From Roseibacillus sp. (GTDB taxonomy: Bacteria; Verrucomicrobiota; Verrucomicrobiia; Verrucomicrobiales; Akkermansiaceae), in the NCBI GenBank assembly GCA_965242925.1, contig CBDEUM010000014.1, forward strand, positions 480,001 to 544,000: a stretch of DNA of 64,000 nt. Direction: 5' to 3'. The notes under the pieces were generated by a model. It had not been told where the DNA came from and ran no database searches. It was given only the letters and a program-made list of their open reading frames with translations. How positions within the stretch are numbered: the first letter of the stretch is position 1; each line of letters opens with the position of its first letter. A program made the translations under genes and the position numbers. Below are positions 32,303 through 44,459 of this stretch, piece by piece.

Positions 32303-35300
32303 ATGATCAGAAGTCTCGCTACTGCCCTCTTTCTGGGCCTCGCCCATCTGGGTGCGACCCCGGTGATCAGTGAGATCATGTTCCATCCTCCTCACGTTGA
32401 CGGAGGGGAGGACCCACGCGACGAATGGATCGAAATCCACAATCCGGGGTTCGGGACCATCAGCCTGGCAGGCTGGTCATTGGAGGGAGCCTCCTTCACC
32501 TTCCCCGAGGTCAGCATCCCTGGCCAAGGCCACCTCGTGGTGGCGGCCGATGAGGCCGTCTTCCGCGCCCGCTATCCCGAGGTCACAAATGTGACCGGCG
32601 GCTGGCAGGAAGGGCTCTCCAATCGTCGTGAGACCATCCGGCTGCTCGACCACACCGGCAAAGAAATTGATCGCGTCACCTACGCCGATGATGGCGACTG
32701 GGCCCTGCGCCGACCCGGCCTTGATGACCAGGGACACACCGGGTGGATCTGGGCCAATCCAGCCGACGGCGGCGGCAGGACACTCGAGTTGAGGAATCAG
32801 CATTCCCGCAATGACCTCGCCCAGAACTGGGCCCACAGCATCACCGAGGGAGGCACCCCCGGGGCCCCGAACTCGGTCCGGGAGGTCAATATCGCGCCCT
32901 TCATTGAGGACGTCTCCCATCACCCGGCCGTTCCCACCCCGCGGGACCTCGTCCTGATCCGGGCCCGCCTGAGTGATGATCTCTCCTCTGCGGTCCATGG
33001 GGTGGTCTACCACCGGGTCTCGGCCCGACCCTCCGGCCCTTTCGCCATCACCCCCATGCGGGATGACGGACTGGGCGGGGACGAGGTCGCACAGGACAAC
33101 ATTCACACCGCCGTCCTTCCGGCCCGGCCTGAGGGCACGGTGGTGGAGTTTTGCGTGGAGGCGTCCGATCGCACCCAGACCCGGACCTGGCCCGGCCCCA
33201 CTTCGCCCACGGGAGCACAGGAAGCCAACCTCCTCTATCAGGTCGACAGCGAACGCCCGGCCGACCGGGCCCCCTTCTACCGCCTCATCCTGACCGCCGG
33301 GGAGCTCGATGAGTTCCTCAACATTTCCTTTGCCTCGGAAGAACGAAACACCAACGCCCGCTTCAACGCCACCTTCATCGCCGGCCTGGATGGCAAACTC
33401 CAGATCTACTACCGTTGCGGCATGGGGCTGCGGGGATCGGGCACGCGCTCCCGTTATCCCCGCAACCTGAAGATCGAGCTGCCTTCCAACCACTCCTGGC
33501 AGGGACTCAATGCGCTGAACCTGAACACCCAGTTCTCCTATAATCAGCTCCTGGGCAGCCTCTTCTACCGCGCCGCGGGTCTTCCCGCCTACGAATCGAA
33601 AGCCGTGGCCGTCCGCCTCAACGGGGTCAATCACGCCGCCCCCGAAAATGCGACCGTTGCCCAGCCCTTCAACCACCACTTCGGGATGTATGTTCAGAAC
33701 GAGCCCGTCAACAGCCTCTACATCCGGCAGCACTATCCCCTCGAAACAGGAGGCAACCTCTATCGCATGACGGGGACCGGGACAGGCTGGGACTACTTCC
33801 CCGACAGCGACAACCTGGGAGCGGATTACCACGGCAGCGGCTGGGACAAGGAAAACAACCACTCGATCAACGACTGGTCGGACCTTCATCACTTCATCGG
33901 GGTGATGTCCACCGCCTCCGGCCCGGACTATCTCAAACAGGTCGAGAGGGTCATGGACCTGGAGTCCTGGCTGCGCAACCTGGCCGTCAGCACCATTCTG
34001 ACCAATTCCGAGAACAGCATCTTCACCGGCCGCAACGATGATTACGCCCTTTACTGTAAGCACGACGGACGTTTCAAACTCATCCCGCACGATCTCGACA
34101 CCATTCTGGGCACGGGCGACATGACCCCGATCGGAATCGACAACCTGCCACATACTATTCTCGACTTCGTGGAACGGGGGGAAGGCTTCACCCAACTCAA
34201 ACCACTCTTTCGCAAGCCCAGGGTCCTGCAACGCTACTACCAGATTCTCTCCGAGCTTCTTCACGGCCCCTTCGAAGCGACCCGTGCCAACCGCCTCATC
34301 GACGACGCCCTCACCTGGACCCCGGAGAGCACCGCCGAACGCCGCCAAGGAGTTCCTGGCCGCCCGTCGAGCCAACATCCTGAGTTTGATCGAGCGTCCC
34401 CTTGAGGCCATCCCCAGCCTGGACGGTCCTGCTGACCTCCCCACATCCCTCGACGGCAGGGCAAGGCTCTCCGGCACCTTCAACACCACCCGGGCCACTG
34501 CGGTTTTTCTTAATGGGGAAGCAGTCCCCATCGACCATGCCGCCGGAACCTGGTCCCACATGGTCAACACCCTCAATCCAGGAATCAATCGTCTCATCAT
34601 GGAAGAGCGTGATACCAGACAGAACGTGGTGGCGCGTTCCCATCTCGACATCTTTCATGCCGGCAACCCCGGGACCGTCATGCGGGGAGCTCTCACTGCT
34701 GATACCACCCTCGACGCTGCAGGGGGGCCGTGGATCATCACTGCCTCTCTCAATGTTCTTCCGGATGTCACCCTCACCATCGAACCAGGCGCCTCCCTGT
34801 TCTTCAGGCCCACGGCGGGAATCACGGTCCAGCCGGGCGGCACCCTGCGATGCGAGGGAGCCCCCTATCAGCGCATTCGCCTCAGCCACTATCCCGGTTC
34901 CTCCGACATCTGGCAGGGAGTGAGCATCGTGGCTCCCTCGGGGCAGGAATCCCCTAGCGAAAACGTGATCTCCTATACCGACATGGAATACGGAGACGCC
35001 CAGGGCGAGGCCATCGAGTTGCGCCGCTCCCAGCTTCTCCTCGATCATGTGACCTGGAAGCACAGCAGTGACACCGTGCTTGAGGTCTACAGCCCTCAAC
35101 TCGAGGTCCGTGACTGCACCTTTCCACCCGTCCCCACCTCAAAGGCCCTCCAGGGATCCACTCTGCGCGGAAATGATTATCTTATCCTGCGCCGCAATCT
35201 CTTCTCCCCGTCTCCGGCCTACAATGACATCATCCTTTTTTCGGGAGCCCACCGGCCCGGACCGATCCTCGCCGCCTATGACAACGTCTTCCCCGGTGCG

Positions 35301-38300
35301 ACCGACGAGTGTTTCGATCTCAACAATTGTGATGCTCATCTGGAGGGGAATATTTTCATGCACGTGCACCTCTTCCAGCCGCGCAACAGCACTTCCAATG
35401 CGATTGCTATCAACAACGAATCCAACGTCACGGTGGTTCGAAATATGTTTTACGATGTCGACCACGCCGTCCTGGCCAAGAACGGCGCGGAGTGCACCTT
35501 CGAGAACAACACGGTGGCAGAGGCCACCATCGCCGCAATCAATCTCAATGAGCCGCTGCGCCCGGACACCCTTCCAGGGAAGGGCATCGCGATGGACTCG
35601 AATCTCTTCCTGGACTGCACCAGGATCTTTGCCCATCCCGACTCGGTTGAAATCTCCGGGCATCGCAATATTATTCCGGCTGCACATCACGCAATCGGTG
35701 ACGGGAATCTCGATCTCGACCCCTTTCTCACCAATCTCGCGGCGGGCCCCTGGCCCCCGAGCAGCTGGGAGCTCCTGCCGGGCTCTCCTGCCCAGGGATC
35801 GGGACAGAACGGCCTCGATCGCGGGGCCCTGGTTCCCCGAGGAGCTTCCATCTCCGGTCTGCCCTTGCCCATCACCCGGCTCGACCACGCCACCCTGAGC
35901 GTGGACGGCCCCGGGGTGACCGACTACCGCTTCCGCCTGGTGACCGACGGTCTTCCCGGAGACTGGAGCGGGGATCTCCCTCTGGACGCGCAAATTCAAC
36001 TCGTCGCCCTTCAACCGGCGACCTATCACATCGAGCTCCTGGCCCGTGACTCCGCCGGAAACTGGCAAAGCGGGAGTGAATCCACTTCTTCCCGCCAGTG
36101 GCGGGTCGATCCAGGTTTCCGCTCCCGGGGAGAACTGGTCCTCAACGAAGTGGAGGCGCACCCCAGTCCAGAGGTCGACCGCGTGGAACTCCACAACCCC
36201 GGGGCACAGGCCATGCTGCTTGACGGCTGGTTCCTTACCGACACCCCGAGCAAACCACAGAAAGTAGCGCTGACCGGCAGCCTCGCCCCCGGGGCCTACC
36301 TCTCCCTGGCCGACAACGAGGTCCCCGGTCTCAGCCCCTCCGGGGAAGAGGTTCTTCTCTACCACGGCAACACTCTGGTGGATTCCATCCGCTGGGGCCG
36401 ACAGATTGCCGGCCACTCTATCGGACGCCATGGCCCTTCGGGCCAGTGGAAGCTCTGCCTTCCTACTCCGGGAGGTCCCAATCAGACCGTTGGACTTGCC
36501 CCGCCGCACCAAATGAAGATCAACGAGTGGCTCTCCGACTCCGAACTGCACTATCTGGGAGAATTCATCGAGCTCTTCAATCCGGGGGATTCCCCTGCAA
36601 ACGTGGGAGGGCTCTGGCTGTCCAACAGCCTGGACCACCCCGGGAGGCATCAGATTCCCGACCACTCCTACATTCCGGCCCACGGGTTCCTCGTCTTCCA
36701 CTCCACCGCAAGCGACAGGCCCGCAACCGACGAATTTCCCTTTAATCTCGACGACTCCCGCCAGTGGCTGGTTCTCACGGCCGACGACGGAACCACCATC
36801 GACCAGATCCGCATCACTTCCCAGCACGCCGATGCAGTGGAAGGGCGCAATCCCGACGGATCTCCCAACGTGGAAACCTTGCCCCTCGGAACACCCGGAC
36901 GCTCCAACAACCGGGCCCCCCGTATTCACACGATTTCCACTCTGCTCCCCTTTGAGCACCCGGACTGGCGCTTTCTCGACAATGCCGACCCAGTCAGCGA
37001 CTGGAAGGCCTTCAACTTCGATGACGACAGCTGGAAAACGGGACCCGCCCCCCTCGGCCGGGAGACCACCGCCCTGATCATTCCCCTGGCCTCTCACAGC
37101 GAGAGCATTCCGCCCTTCAACTACCGCCGGGGCAGGAAAAATTACTACTTCCGCAAGACCTTCGAGTTCAGCGGGGATCCCTCGCAAACCTCCCTCTCCC
37201 TCGCAACTTACATCGACGATGGAGCGATCTTCTACCTGAACGGACACGAGCTCTTCCGGCATAACGTCCCCGACGGAATCCTTGATGAATCCACCTGGGC
37301 TGAAGAGGTCATCACCAACGCCTCCTTCGAGGGTCCCTTCCCCGTGTCCAGTGAGCACCTCGTCAATGGCACCAACATTCTTGCCGCCGTCACCTATCAG
37401 GGCAGCCTCGACAGCTCGGATATCGTCTTTGATTGTGAACTCGTCGCCGACGAATCACTTGTCTCCCCGCCAAATCCCACCGAAGTCGCCCTTCGGGTCC
37501 TGCTCGATCACCTCCGCATCACCGAAATCATGTACAACCCTCCCGACGGGAGTGCCGGTGAGTATGTGGAGATCCACAACACGAGCCACGATCTCACGCT
37601 CGACCTAACGGGAGTGCGCTTCACGGAAGGCATCGAATTCACCTTCCCGGCACTTACCCTCGAACCTCAGGCACACATTGTAGTGGTTGCAGACCGGCAG
37701 TTCTTTGAACTGATCCACGGGCAGGGCATCAACATTGCAGGCACATTCGAAAACGGTAAATTTCACAACGACGGCGAAAGTGTGGCCCTCACCCTGCCGG
37801 CACCGTTCGACGTTCACATCCAGAAGTTCACCTACGACCACGCCTGGCACCCCAACACCGACTCCACCGGCTACTCCCTTGAGCTCCGGGACACCGAGCG
37901 GGAACTCGACACCTGGAACGAGAGGTCCGCCTGGGCCCCCTCCTTCGCCCTTCACGGTTCTCCCGGATTCCCCAACGGTGCTTCCTCCTATCATAGCTGG
38001 GCCACTACCCTGGGGGTAGGTCCGGGGGATGAAGACGGCGATCTTTTGAGCAATCTCTTTGAATACGCCTTCGGCTTCGACCCCCTTGAGTGGCAATCCG
38101 TTCCCATCCTCTTCGAGCAGTTCATTCACCCGCTGGAGGGCTCCGCCACCATCTTCCATATCCCCGCGGTTGCACCGGAGGATGTCATCTTTCACATCCA
38201 GTCCTCGCTGGACCTGCAAACCTGGACCACCCAGGCTACCCGCACCGCCAACGGCTCCTGGAAGGGCCCGGGCGAAGTTGAGGCGGTGCACGCCGAGGAG

Positions 38301-38390
38301 GGCCTCGGCATCGTGCGAATCCGTCTCCCCGCCGCCCCTGCCCTCTTTACCCGCATGCAGGTGGAAGTCACTGAGACCGCCCAACCCTGA
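32303..38390 (+). CDS. Giant secreted lamin-tail/CotH-kinase/beta-helix protein; +1 frameshift near 34335
   Basis: VISEIMFHP..EWIEIHN lamin-tail repeats, LRGSGTR and LIPHDLD CotH motifs. ORFs 32303-34405 and 34284-38390 join at WTPEST/NAAKEFL. Confidence 0.78.
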
Positions 38391-38618
38391 CCGCTGCCCC
38401 CAGGGGCGCGTCGTTCCGGGTGCCGTTCTTCAGGCCAACCCTCCCGATTCGTTTTCCCCTCCCGGGATGCCGGAGGGGGCCGTATCCCCGTGCGGAACCG
38501 GAGCGAGGTCCGCCCCCCCAAGGGCCTTCCGTCAGACACCTTAATGAATCTCGTCCTCGCATGGCGCCGCTTTGCCAGTCATTCTCCCGTCCTCCGGCGA
38601 CCACCGCCAATATCCGCC

Positions 38619-40343
38619 ATGAAAAAAACTGTCTTGCCTGCTCTCGCCCTCTCCCTCGCGCTCCTGGCCTGCTCCAATCCCGCCCAGGCCGCCGACGACC
38701 GTCCCAATATCATTCTGATCATGTCCGATGACATGGGCTTCTCGGATATCGGTTGTTACGGCGGGGAAATCAATACCCCCACCCTCGATCACCTGGCAGC
38801 CAACGGCGTCCGCTTCACCCAATTCTACAATACCGCCCGCTGCTGCCCGACCCGTGCCACCCTCCTCACCGGGCTCTACGCCCACCAGGCCGGAGTCGGG
38901 CACATGATGGGCAACTACGGCATCCCCCAATACCAGGGTGAGCTCAACCGCAACTGCCTCACCATCGCGGAAGTCCTCAAGCCCGCCGGCTACCGCACCT
39001 ACATGTCCGGCAAGTGGCACGTCACCCCCTACAAGGCCGGAGAAGTCGCCAACCCCAACACCTCCAACTGGCCGCTCCAGCGGGGATTCGACCACTTTTA
39101 CGGAACCATTCACGGAGCGGGATCCTTTTTTGATCCCAACTCCCTGACCCGCGACAACCGCTATATTACGCCGGCCAATGATCCCGACTACCAGCCCGAC
39201 ACCTTCTACTACACAGATGCCATCTCCGACAATGCGGTGCGCTACATCGAGGACCACAAGCGGGAAGCGGACGGGCAACCCTTTTTCATGTATGTTTCCT
39301 ACACCGCGGCCCACTGGCCCATGCACGCTCTTCCCGGCGACATCGCCAAGTATGAGGGCAAGTACGATGGAGGCTACACGCCCACCCGGAAGGCGAGGGT
39401 CGCCAAGCTCAAGGCCCTCGGCCTCCTCCCCGACCACTGGGATGTCGTCCCCCAGATTGGCAACTGGGAATCCGTCAAGCTGAAGGAATGGGAGTCGGCC
39501 TGCATGGAGGTCTACGCCGCCATGGTCGACAACATGGACCAGGGAATCGGTCGCATCGTCGAGGCTCTGGAGGGGGCCGGGCAACTCGACAACACCCTCC
39601 TCCTCTTTTTCCAGGACAACGGCGGCTGTGCAGAGGGCTTCGGCCGCGGCAAGGTGGTCGGGCCGGTCAAGCGCCCCGCCAAGCCCACTCTGCCGCCCAT
39701 GGGCAAGGACGAGTTGCAGACCCAGATGGTCCCGCCCAAGAGCCGTGAGGGATATCCTCTCCGGCGCGGGGACGGCGTCATGCCCGGTCCTCCCGAGACC
39801 GAGGTCGGTTATGGCCGCAACTGGGCCAACGTCTCCAACACCCCTTTCCGTGAATACAAGCACTGGGTCCACGAAGGCGGGATCTCCACCCCGCTCATCG
39901 CGCACTGGCCCAAGGGCATCAAGGGCCACAACCGGTGGTTCAAGACCCCGGCCCACCTGATCGATCTCATGGCCACCTGTGTCGACCTCGGGCGGGCCAA
40001 GTATCCCGCCCGGAAAAAGGATAGGAAGATCACCCCCCTGGAGGGAATTTCCCTCCGCCCGGCCTTTGAGGACACCGCCCTCAAGCGCGGCAAGCCCATC
40101 TACTTCGAGCACGAGGGCAACCGCGCCGTCCGGGACGGCAAATGGAAACTCGTCGCCAAGGGCGTGAAGGGGCCCTGGGAACTCTACGACATGGAAAAGG
40201 ACCGCACCGAGATGCACAACCTCGCCGCCAGGCAGCCCGAGATCACCTCCCGGATGACCGCCCAGTATGAGCAGTGGGCCAAGGAGCGGGGGGTGGTGCC
40301 CTTCGGTTCATGGCGCCAGGCCCGGGCCCGGCAAAAGAAATAA
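38619..40343 (+). CDS. Arylsulfatase (Cys-type)
   Basis: RPNIILIMSDD, CCPTRATLLTG, GKWH. Confidence 0.95.
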   Translation: MKKTVLPALALSLALLACSNPAQAADDRPNIILIMSDDMGFSDIGCYGGEINTPTLDHLAANGVRFTQFYNTARCCPTRATLLTGLYAHQAGVGHMMGNYGIPQYQGELNRNCLTIAEVLKPAGYRTYMSGKWHVTPYKAGEVANPNTSNWPLQRGFDHFYGTIHGAGSFFDPNSLTRDNRYITPANDPDYQPDTFYYTDAISDNAVRYIEDHKREADGQPFFMYVSYTAAHWPMHALPGDIAKYEGKYDGGYTPTRKARVAKLKALGLLPDHWDVVPQIGNWESVKLKEWESACMEVYAAMVDNMDQGIGRIVEALEGAGQLDNTLLLFFQDNGGCAEGFGRGKVVGPVKRPAKPTLPPMGKDELQTQMVPPKSREGYPLRRGDGVMPGPPETEVGYGRNWANVSNTPFREYKHWVHEGGISTPLIAHWPKGIKGHNRWFKTPAHLIDLMATCVDLGRAKYPARKKDRKITPLEGISLRPAFEDTALKRGKPIYFEHEGNRAVRDGKWKLVAKGVKGPWELYDMEKDRTEMHNLAARQPEITSRMTAQYEQWAKERGVVPFGSWRQARARQKK

Positions 40344-40346
40344 CCC

Positions 40347-43061
40347 TTACTCCGCCGATCCGATAACCCTGAGATAGAGTTCATCCTGCCCCTCCACGGG
40401 CAGGACAAGGGTGCCTGCCCTGTTGTCCTGGGAAAATACTGCTCCGGGCGCCGCACTCCAGTTCTGGAGATCGGGCGAGATTTCCAGTCCGTAACTCCAC
40501 CCGTCCTGGGCGGCAAAGCCCACCGTCAGGTCCCCCCCGACCACTCTGATCTCCAGGGGCCCAACCTCCGCGGGCCTGGTGATGGGTCCGACATCGAAGG
40601 AGAACCACGCCACTCCGCCAGCCGCGTCCGCGCCGTCAAGCACCGCAGTCGCCGAGCCCACGACATCAAGACCATCGGAGAAGTTGAGAACGATCTCCCC
40701 GGAGTCGCCCCCACCGGCAACAGCAAAACCGGAAGCCCCGAAGGTGGTGTTGTATGCGCTGACCGCAACGTAGTAGGTCCCTTCCGCCAGGCTTTGAACA
40801 ACCAGTTCGCTCTGGAATCCATCTCCCGCATCATCGTTGTTATCAAGGAGGTTGCCCGCGGCATCATAGAGGCCCATTTCGGTGTCTCCCGGGGCCGAGC
40901 CGAAGGTGTTAAGGGTGAGGACCCTGGTATCGGCCACGCTGATCCCGAGATCATCCGCGGTCGGCGTGACCACGACGGGCGGTGCTGCTTCGATTTCGAA
41001 GAAGAACCACGCCACTCCGTCAGCCGCATCCGCGACGTCAAGGGAAGCAGTCACCGAGCCCACGACATCAAGGCCATCGGAGAAGTTGAGAACGATCTCC
41101 CCGGATTCTCCCCCACCGGAAACAGCAAACCCGGAAGCCCCGAAGGTGGTGTCGTATGCGCTGACGGCAACGTAGTAGGCCCCTTGAGTCAGGTTTTGAA
41201 CAACCAGTTCGCTCTGACCTCCACCTCCCGCATCATCGTTTTCAGCAAGGAGATTGCCCGCGGCATCATAGAGACCCATTTCCGTGTTTCCAATCTCCGA
41301 ACCGGAGGTGTCAAGGGTGAGGACACTGGTATCGTCCCCGAGGATTCCGAGATCATCCGCAACCGGGATGACAGGCAGGACTCCGATTTCGAAGGTAAAC
41401 CACGCCACTCCACCAACACCATCCCCACCGTCAATGGAAACAGTCCTTGAGCCGACGACGGCACCGCCATCGGAGAAGTTGAGGAGGATCTCTCCGGAAT
41501 TGTCCCCACCAGAAACGTCAAAATTGTCACCGAACGCAGTGTTGTATGTACTGACCGCAACGTAGTAGGTCCCTTCGGGCAGGCCGAGCATCAGTTGGCT
41601 CTGGACCGTGCCTGGCGCGTCATCGTTGTTATCAAGGAGTTCGCCCGTGGCGAAATAGCACGCCATTTCCGTGTCCGACCAAGCTGAGCCGAAGGTATCC
41701 AGGAAGACGAGACCGCTACCGTCCCCGATGATCCCGAGATCGACCGCAGTAGTCGGCGTGTTCAATACGAACTCACTGAGGTCCAGGGTGAAGTCGAAGG
41801 TAGCGCTCAGCCCCGTGCCATAAGCATCGACACTCAGGTAGTAGGTCCCAGCAGAGAGAACACCAAAAGATGCCGTCTGGGGCACATCACCGTCGAGATA
41901 GGCCGAGGCCAAGGCTCCGGTGGCCCTCCGAAACCCGGCGTTGTCGGCGGTCTCCAGGCTATCGAGAAGGAAGGTATCGGGATCGCCAACAATTGCGTCG
42001 GAGGTCAACGTCACCACCAGATCCTCATCGATGGCAAACTGGTAGACCCACTCGTTACTTTGCCAGCTAGTTGATTCTGAGGTATAACCTTGGGCGTTGT
42101 CTGCACCAGCAGCGGTGTCTCCCACCAAGCTAACTGCGCCAACTCCGAGCGTTCCAAGATCCTCGTTCACAACCAGTCCGGGGGCCTGGGCGCCGGGATC
42201 GGTGGGATCGGTGGGATCGGTCCCTCCAAGAAACTCCTCCAGGTTGGTCTGTCCGTCTTCGTCAAAATCCTCATCCTCGAACCAGTAGAGCTCACCGAAG
42301 TAATCGAATTCCCACTGGTCGGTCATCCCGTCCTTGTCGACGTCGGTAACCGAGGTCGAGAAGTAGTTGTCGAAAGTGGCATCGGTGGCTCCCGAATCGG
42401 TCGAGGAGATGCAGACAAGCCCGCAGGTTCCCGAGGGATAAGAGAGGTCGAACCCCGGCACCCTGACGAGCGGGTTCTCAAGGTCGTCGATCGCAAAAAT
42501 CTCCCCGCAGAGCTGCCCTTCGAAGGTCTCCGCATCAAAAAATCCCTGGAGCACAAAGCGGTAACTTTGCCCTGGCACGAGAATCACGGGCGAGGAGCTC
42601 AGGGTGGTGGTCTGCTCCCCGGTTACCACCGAAAGGTAGGCGCCCTCCGGACCAGTGTCGTAGGTGAAAGCGTAGCCGTTGGTCGTTCCCAAACCGACCG
42701 AGCGCAGGGAGCCCAGCAATCCGATGTCCTGGCTCAGGGCGGGGTCCCAGTCCACAAGATCCACCTCCACCCGGAAGGCCTCATAGACGGTACCTTCCTG
42801 ACCGGATCCGGCCCGGCCAGCGCCCAGCTGCTCGGGAAGGGGTGAAGCCGCGGATTGGATCCGGTAGCTGTTGCCGTTCGGAAACGAGAAGGTCGCCGGG
42901 GCCCCCAAGTCCTGCAATGGCAGGTAGCGCGACCAGCCTGCATCATTGCCGTCGTTGAAATCATCCTCGATGACCTGGGCTGAAAGAAACGGAGCGCCAA
43001 GACAAAGAGCTGCGGAGAGAAGGAGAGATGGGGTGGCAATCGAGTTTTCCATGGGCTTCAT
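40347..43061 (-). CDS. Large acidic secreted protein with three PPC/DVUA0089-like repeats
   Basis: Signal peptide; DVDKDGM..DFDEDGQTNLEEF calcium-type motif; DTEM..NDDA..G(T/A)YYVAVS occurs three times. Confidence 0.8.
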   Translation of the reverse strand: MKPMENSIATPSLLLSAALCLGAPFLSAQVIEDDFNDGNDAGWSRYLPLQDLGAPATFSFPNGNSYRIQSAASPLPEQLGAGRAGSGQEGTVYEAFRVEVDLVDWDPALSQDIGLLGSLRSVGLGTTNGYAFTYDTGPEGAYLSVVTGEQTTTLSSSPVILVPGQSYRFVLQGFFDAETFEGQLCGEIFAIDDLENPLVRVPGFDLSYPSGTCGLVCISSTDSGATDATFDNYFSTSVTDVDKDGMTDQWEFDYFGELYWFEDEDFDEDGQTNLEEFLGGTDPTDPTDPGAQAPGLVVNEDLGTLGVGAVSLVGDTAAGADNAQGYTSESTSWQSNEWVYQFAIDEDLVVTLTSDAIVGDPDTFLLDSLETADNAGFRRATGALASAYLDGDVPQTASFGVLSAGTYYLSVDAYGTGLSATFDFTLDLSEFVLNTPTTAVDLGIIGDGSGLVFLDTFGSAWSDTEMACYFATGELLDNNDDAPGTVQSQLMLGLPEGTYYVAVSTYNTAFGDNFDVSGGDNSGEILLNFSDGGAVVGSRTVSIDGGDGVGGVAWFTFEIGVLPVIPVADDLGILGDDTSVLTLDTSGSEIGNTEMGLYDAAGNLLAENDDAGGGGQSELVVQNLTQGAYYVAVSAYDTTFGASGFAVSGGGESGEIVLNFSDGLDVVGSVTASLDVADAADGVAWFFFEIEAAPPVVVTPTADDLGISVADTRVLTLNTFGSAPGDTEMGLYDAAGNLLDNNDDAGDGFQSELVVQSLAEGTYYVAVSAYNTTFGASGFAVAGGGDSGEIVLNFSDGLDVVGSATAVLDGADAAGGVAWFSFDVGPITRPAEVGPLEIRVVGGDLTVGFAAQDGWSYGLEISPDLQNWSAAPGAVFSQDNRAGTLVLPVEGQDELYLRVIGSAE
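40590..41760 (-). repeat. Three intragenic repeats of about 393-402 bp
   Basis: ACCACGCCACTCC recurs at 40604, 41006 and 41399. Confidence 0.85.
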
Positions 43062-43189
43062 GATGGGGTCTTTCAGGGAATAATGGAAGCAGGGTTGATG
43101 ACAAGCAAAGAACTTGTCTCGGGGCTTTCCTCCAGTTTCCAGGAGTCAGCCCCTACCTGTCGGCCCGGAAGGGTCCCCCGTCAACATTC

Positions 43190-43301
43190 CAGCCCGGGAC
43201 GGAACCTCTGGTGACTGCCCGGTATGCGCAGTGGCCCAAGGAGCACGGGGTGGGGCCCTGTGGTTCGGGGTCTCCAGGCCCGGAACCGGCAGAAGAAGTA
43301 A
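43190..43301 (+). pseudogene. Decayed copy of the 3' end of the sulfatase at 38619-40343
   Basis: QPGTEPLVTARYAQWPKEHGVGPCGS../QARNRQKK* versus QPEITSRMTAQYEQWAKERGVVPFGSWRQARARQKK*. Confidence 0.85.
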
Positions 43302-43304
43302 GCG

Positions 43305-44402
43305 TCACTGCTGCGAGCCAACGACCCTGAAATAGAGCTCCTCCTGCCCAACCACCGGCAGGTCAAAGGCCGCCGCGCCGAACGGGCGCTTGGTCGGCTC
43401 CACAGAAAAAACCGCCCCGGGTGCAGAACTCCAGTTCTGGAGATCGGACGAGGTTTCCAACTCGTAACTCCACCCGACATGCCAGGTAAAGCCCACCGTC
43501 AGTTCTCCATTGGCCATCCTGACGTCCAGGGCCCCAATATCCACGGAGCCAGAGAGGGAATTAGGATCGGTGGGATCGCTTCCTCCAACAAACTCCTCCA
43601 GGTTGGCCTGCCCGTCTTCGTCGAAATCCTCCTCCGCGAACCAGTAAAGCTCACCGAAGTACTCGAATTCCCACTGGTCGGCCATTCCATCCTTGTCGAC
43701 ATCGGTCTCCGAGCTGGAGCGGTAATTATCAAAGGTCGCATCGGTCCTTCCCGTATCGGTGATGGAATTGGTAAAGACCCCGCAGGTCCCCGAAGGATAG
43801 TCGAAATTGGAACCAAAAACCGTGGCAAGCGGAGTCTCCAGGTCGTTGAGGGAGAAAATCTCTCCGCAGAGCTGCCCATAGAACTCCTCTACGTCGAAGA
43901 ATCCCTGGAACACCATCCGGTATCTCTGTCCCGGGATGAGGGTTACCGAAGCGGAGCCAAGGGAATTCGGCTGCTCCCCGCTTAGGACTGAGATAAAAAG
44001 CGCCTCCTCCTCGGTGGTATAGCTATAGCTGAAGGCATACCCGTTGGTGGTCCCCGGCCCCACCTCCCCCAGAGACCCCAGCACCCCAATGTCCTGTTCG
44101 AGACCGTTATTCCAAGCAACAAGGTCCACCTCGACCCGGAACGCCTCATAGACGGTACTGGCACGATGAGCTCCTGCCCGGGCCGGACCGGCGAGGTCCG
44201 CATTAGGAGACGGTGGAGACTGGATCCGGTAACGGCTCCCCCCAGGGAAAGAGAAGGTGGCAGGAGCCCCGAGGGCTGCCAGCGGGGCATACCGCTCCCA
44301 CCCGGAATCGTTCCCATCATTGAAGTCATCCTCGATGACCTGTGCGGATAGAACCGGCGCCACGAGAGCCGGGATGAGGAAGTTACGGAGAGCCGGTTTC
44401 AT
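43305..44402 (-). CDS. Secreted paralog of 40347-43061 without the internal repeats
   Basis: Shares AQVIEDDFNDGND, DVDKDGM.DQWEF and S.DLQNWS.APGAVFS. Confidence 0.85.
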   Translation of the reverse strand: MKPALRNFLIPALVAPVLSAQVIEDDFNDGNDSGWERYAPLAALGAPATFSFPGGSRYRIQSPPSPNADLAGPARAGAHRASTVYEAFRVEVDLVAWNNGLEQDIGVLGSLGEVGPGTTNGYAFSYSYTTEEEALFISVLSGEQPNSLGSASVTLIPGQRYRMVFQGFFDVEEFYGQLCGEIFSLNDLETPLATVFGSNFDYPSGTCGVFTNSITDTGRTDATFDNYRSSSETDVDKDGMADQWEFEYFGELYWFAEEDFDEDGQANLEEFVGGSDPTDPNSLSGSVDIGALDVRMANGELTVGFTWHVGWSYELETSSDLQNWSSAPGAVFSVEPTKRPFGAAAFDLPVVGQEELYFRVVGSQQ

Positions 44403-44459
44403 GTCTGAAAATCGGGCAGGCTTGGCTATTTAATGAGAGCTCGATGGCATGCAACCGGC

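Noticed and set aside
32477..37358. Long antisense ORFs (724 and 739 aa) and similar shadow ORFs elsewhere
   Set aside because: These are expected opposite GC-rich genes and contain no recognisable motifs.
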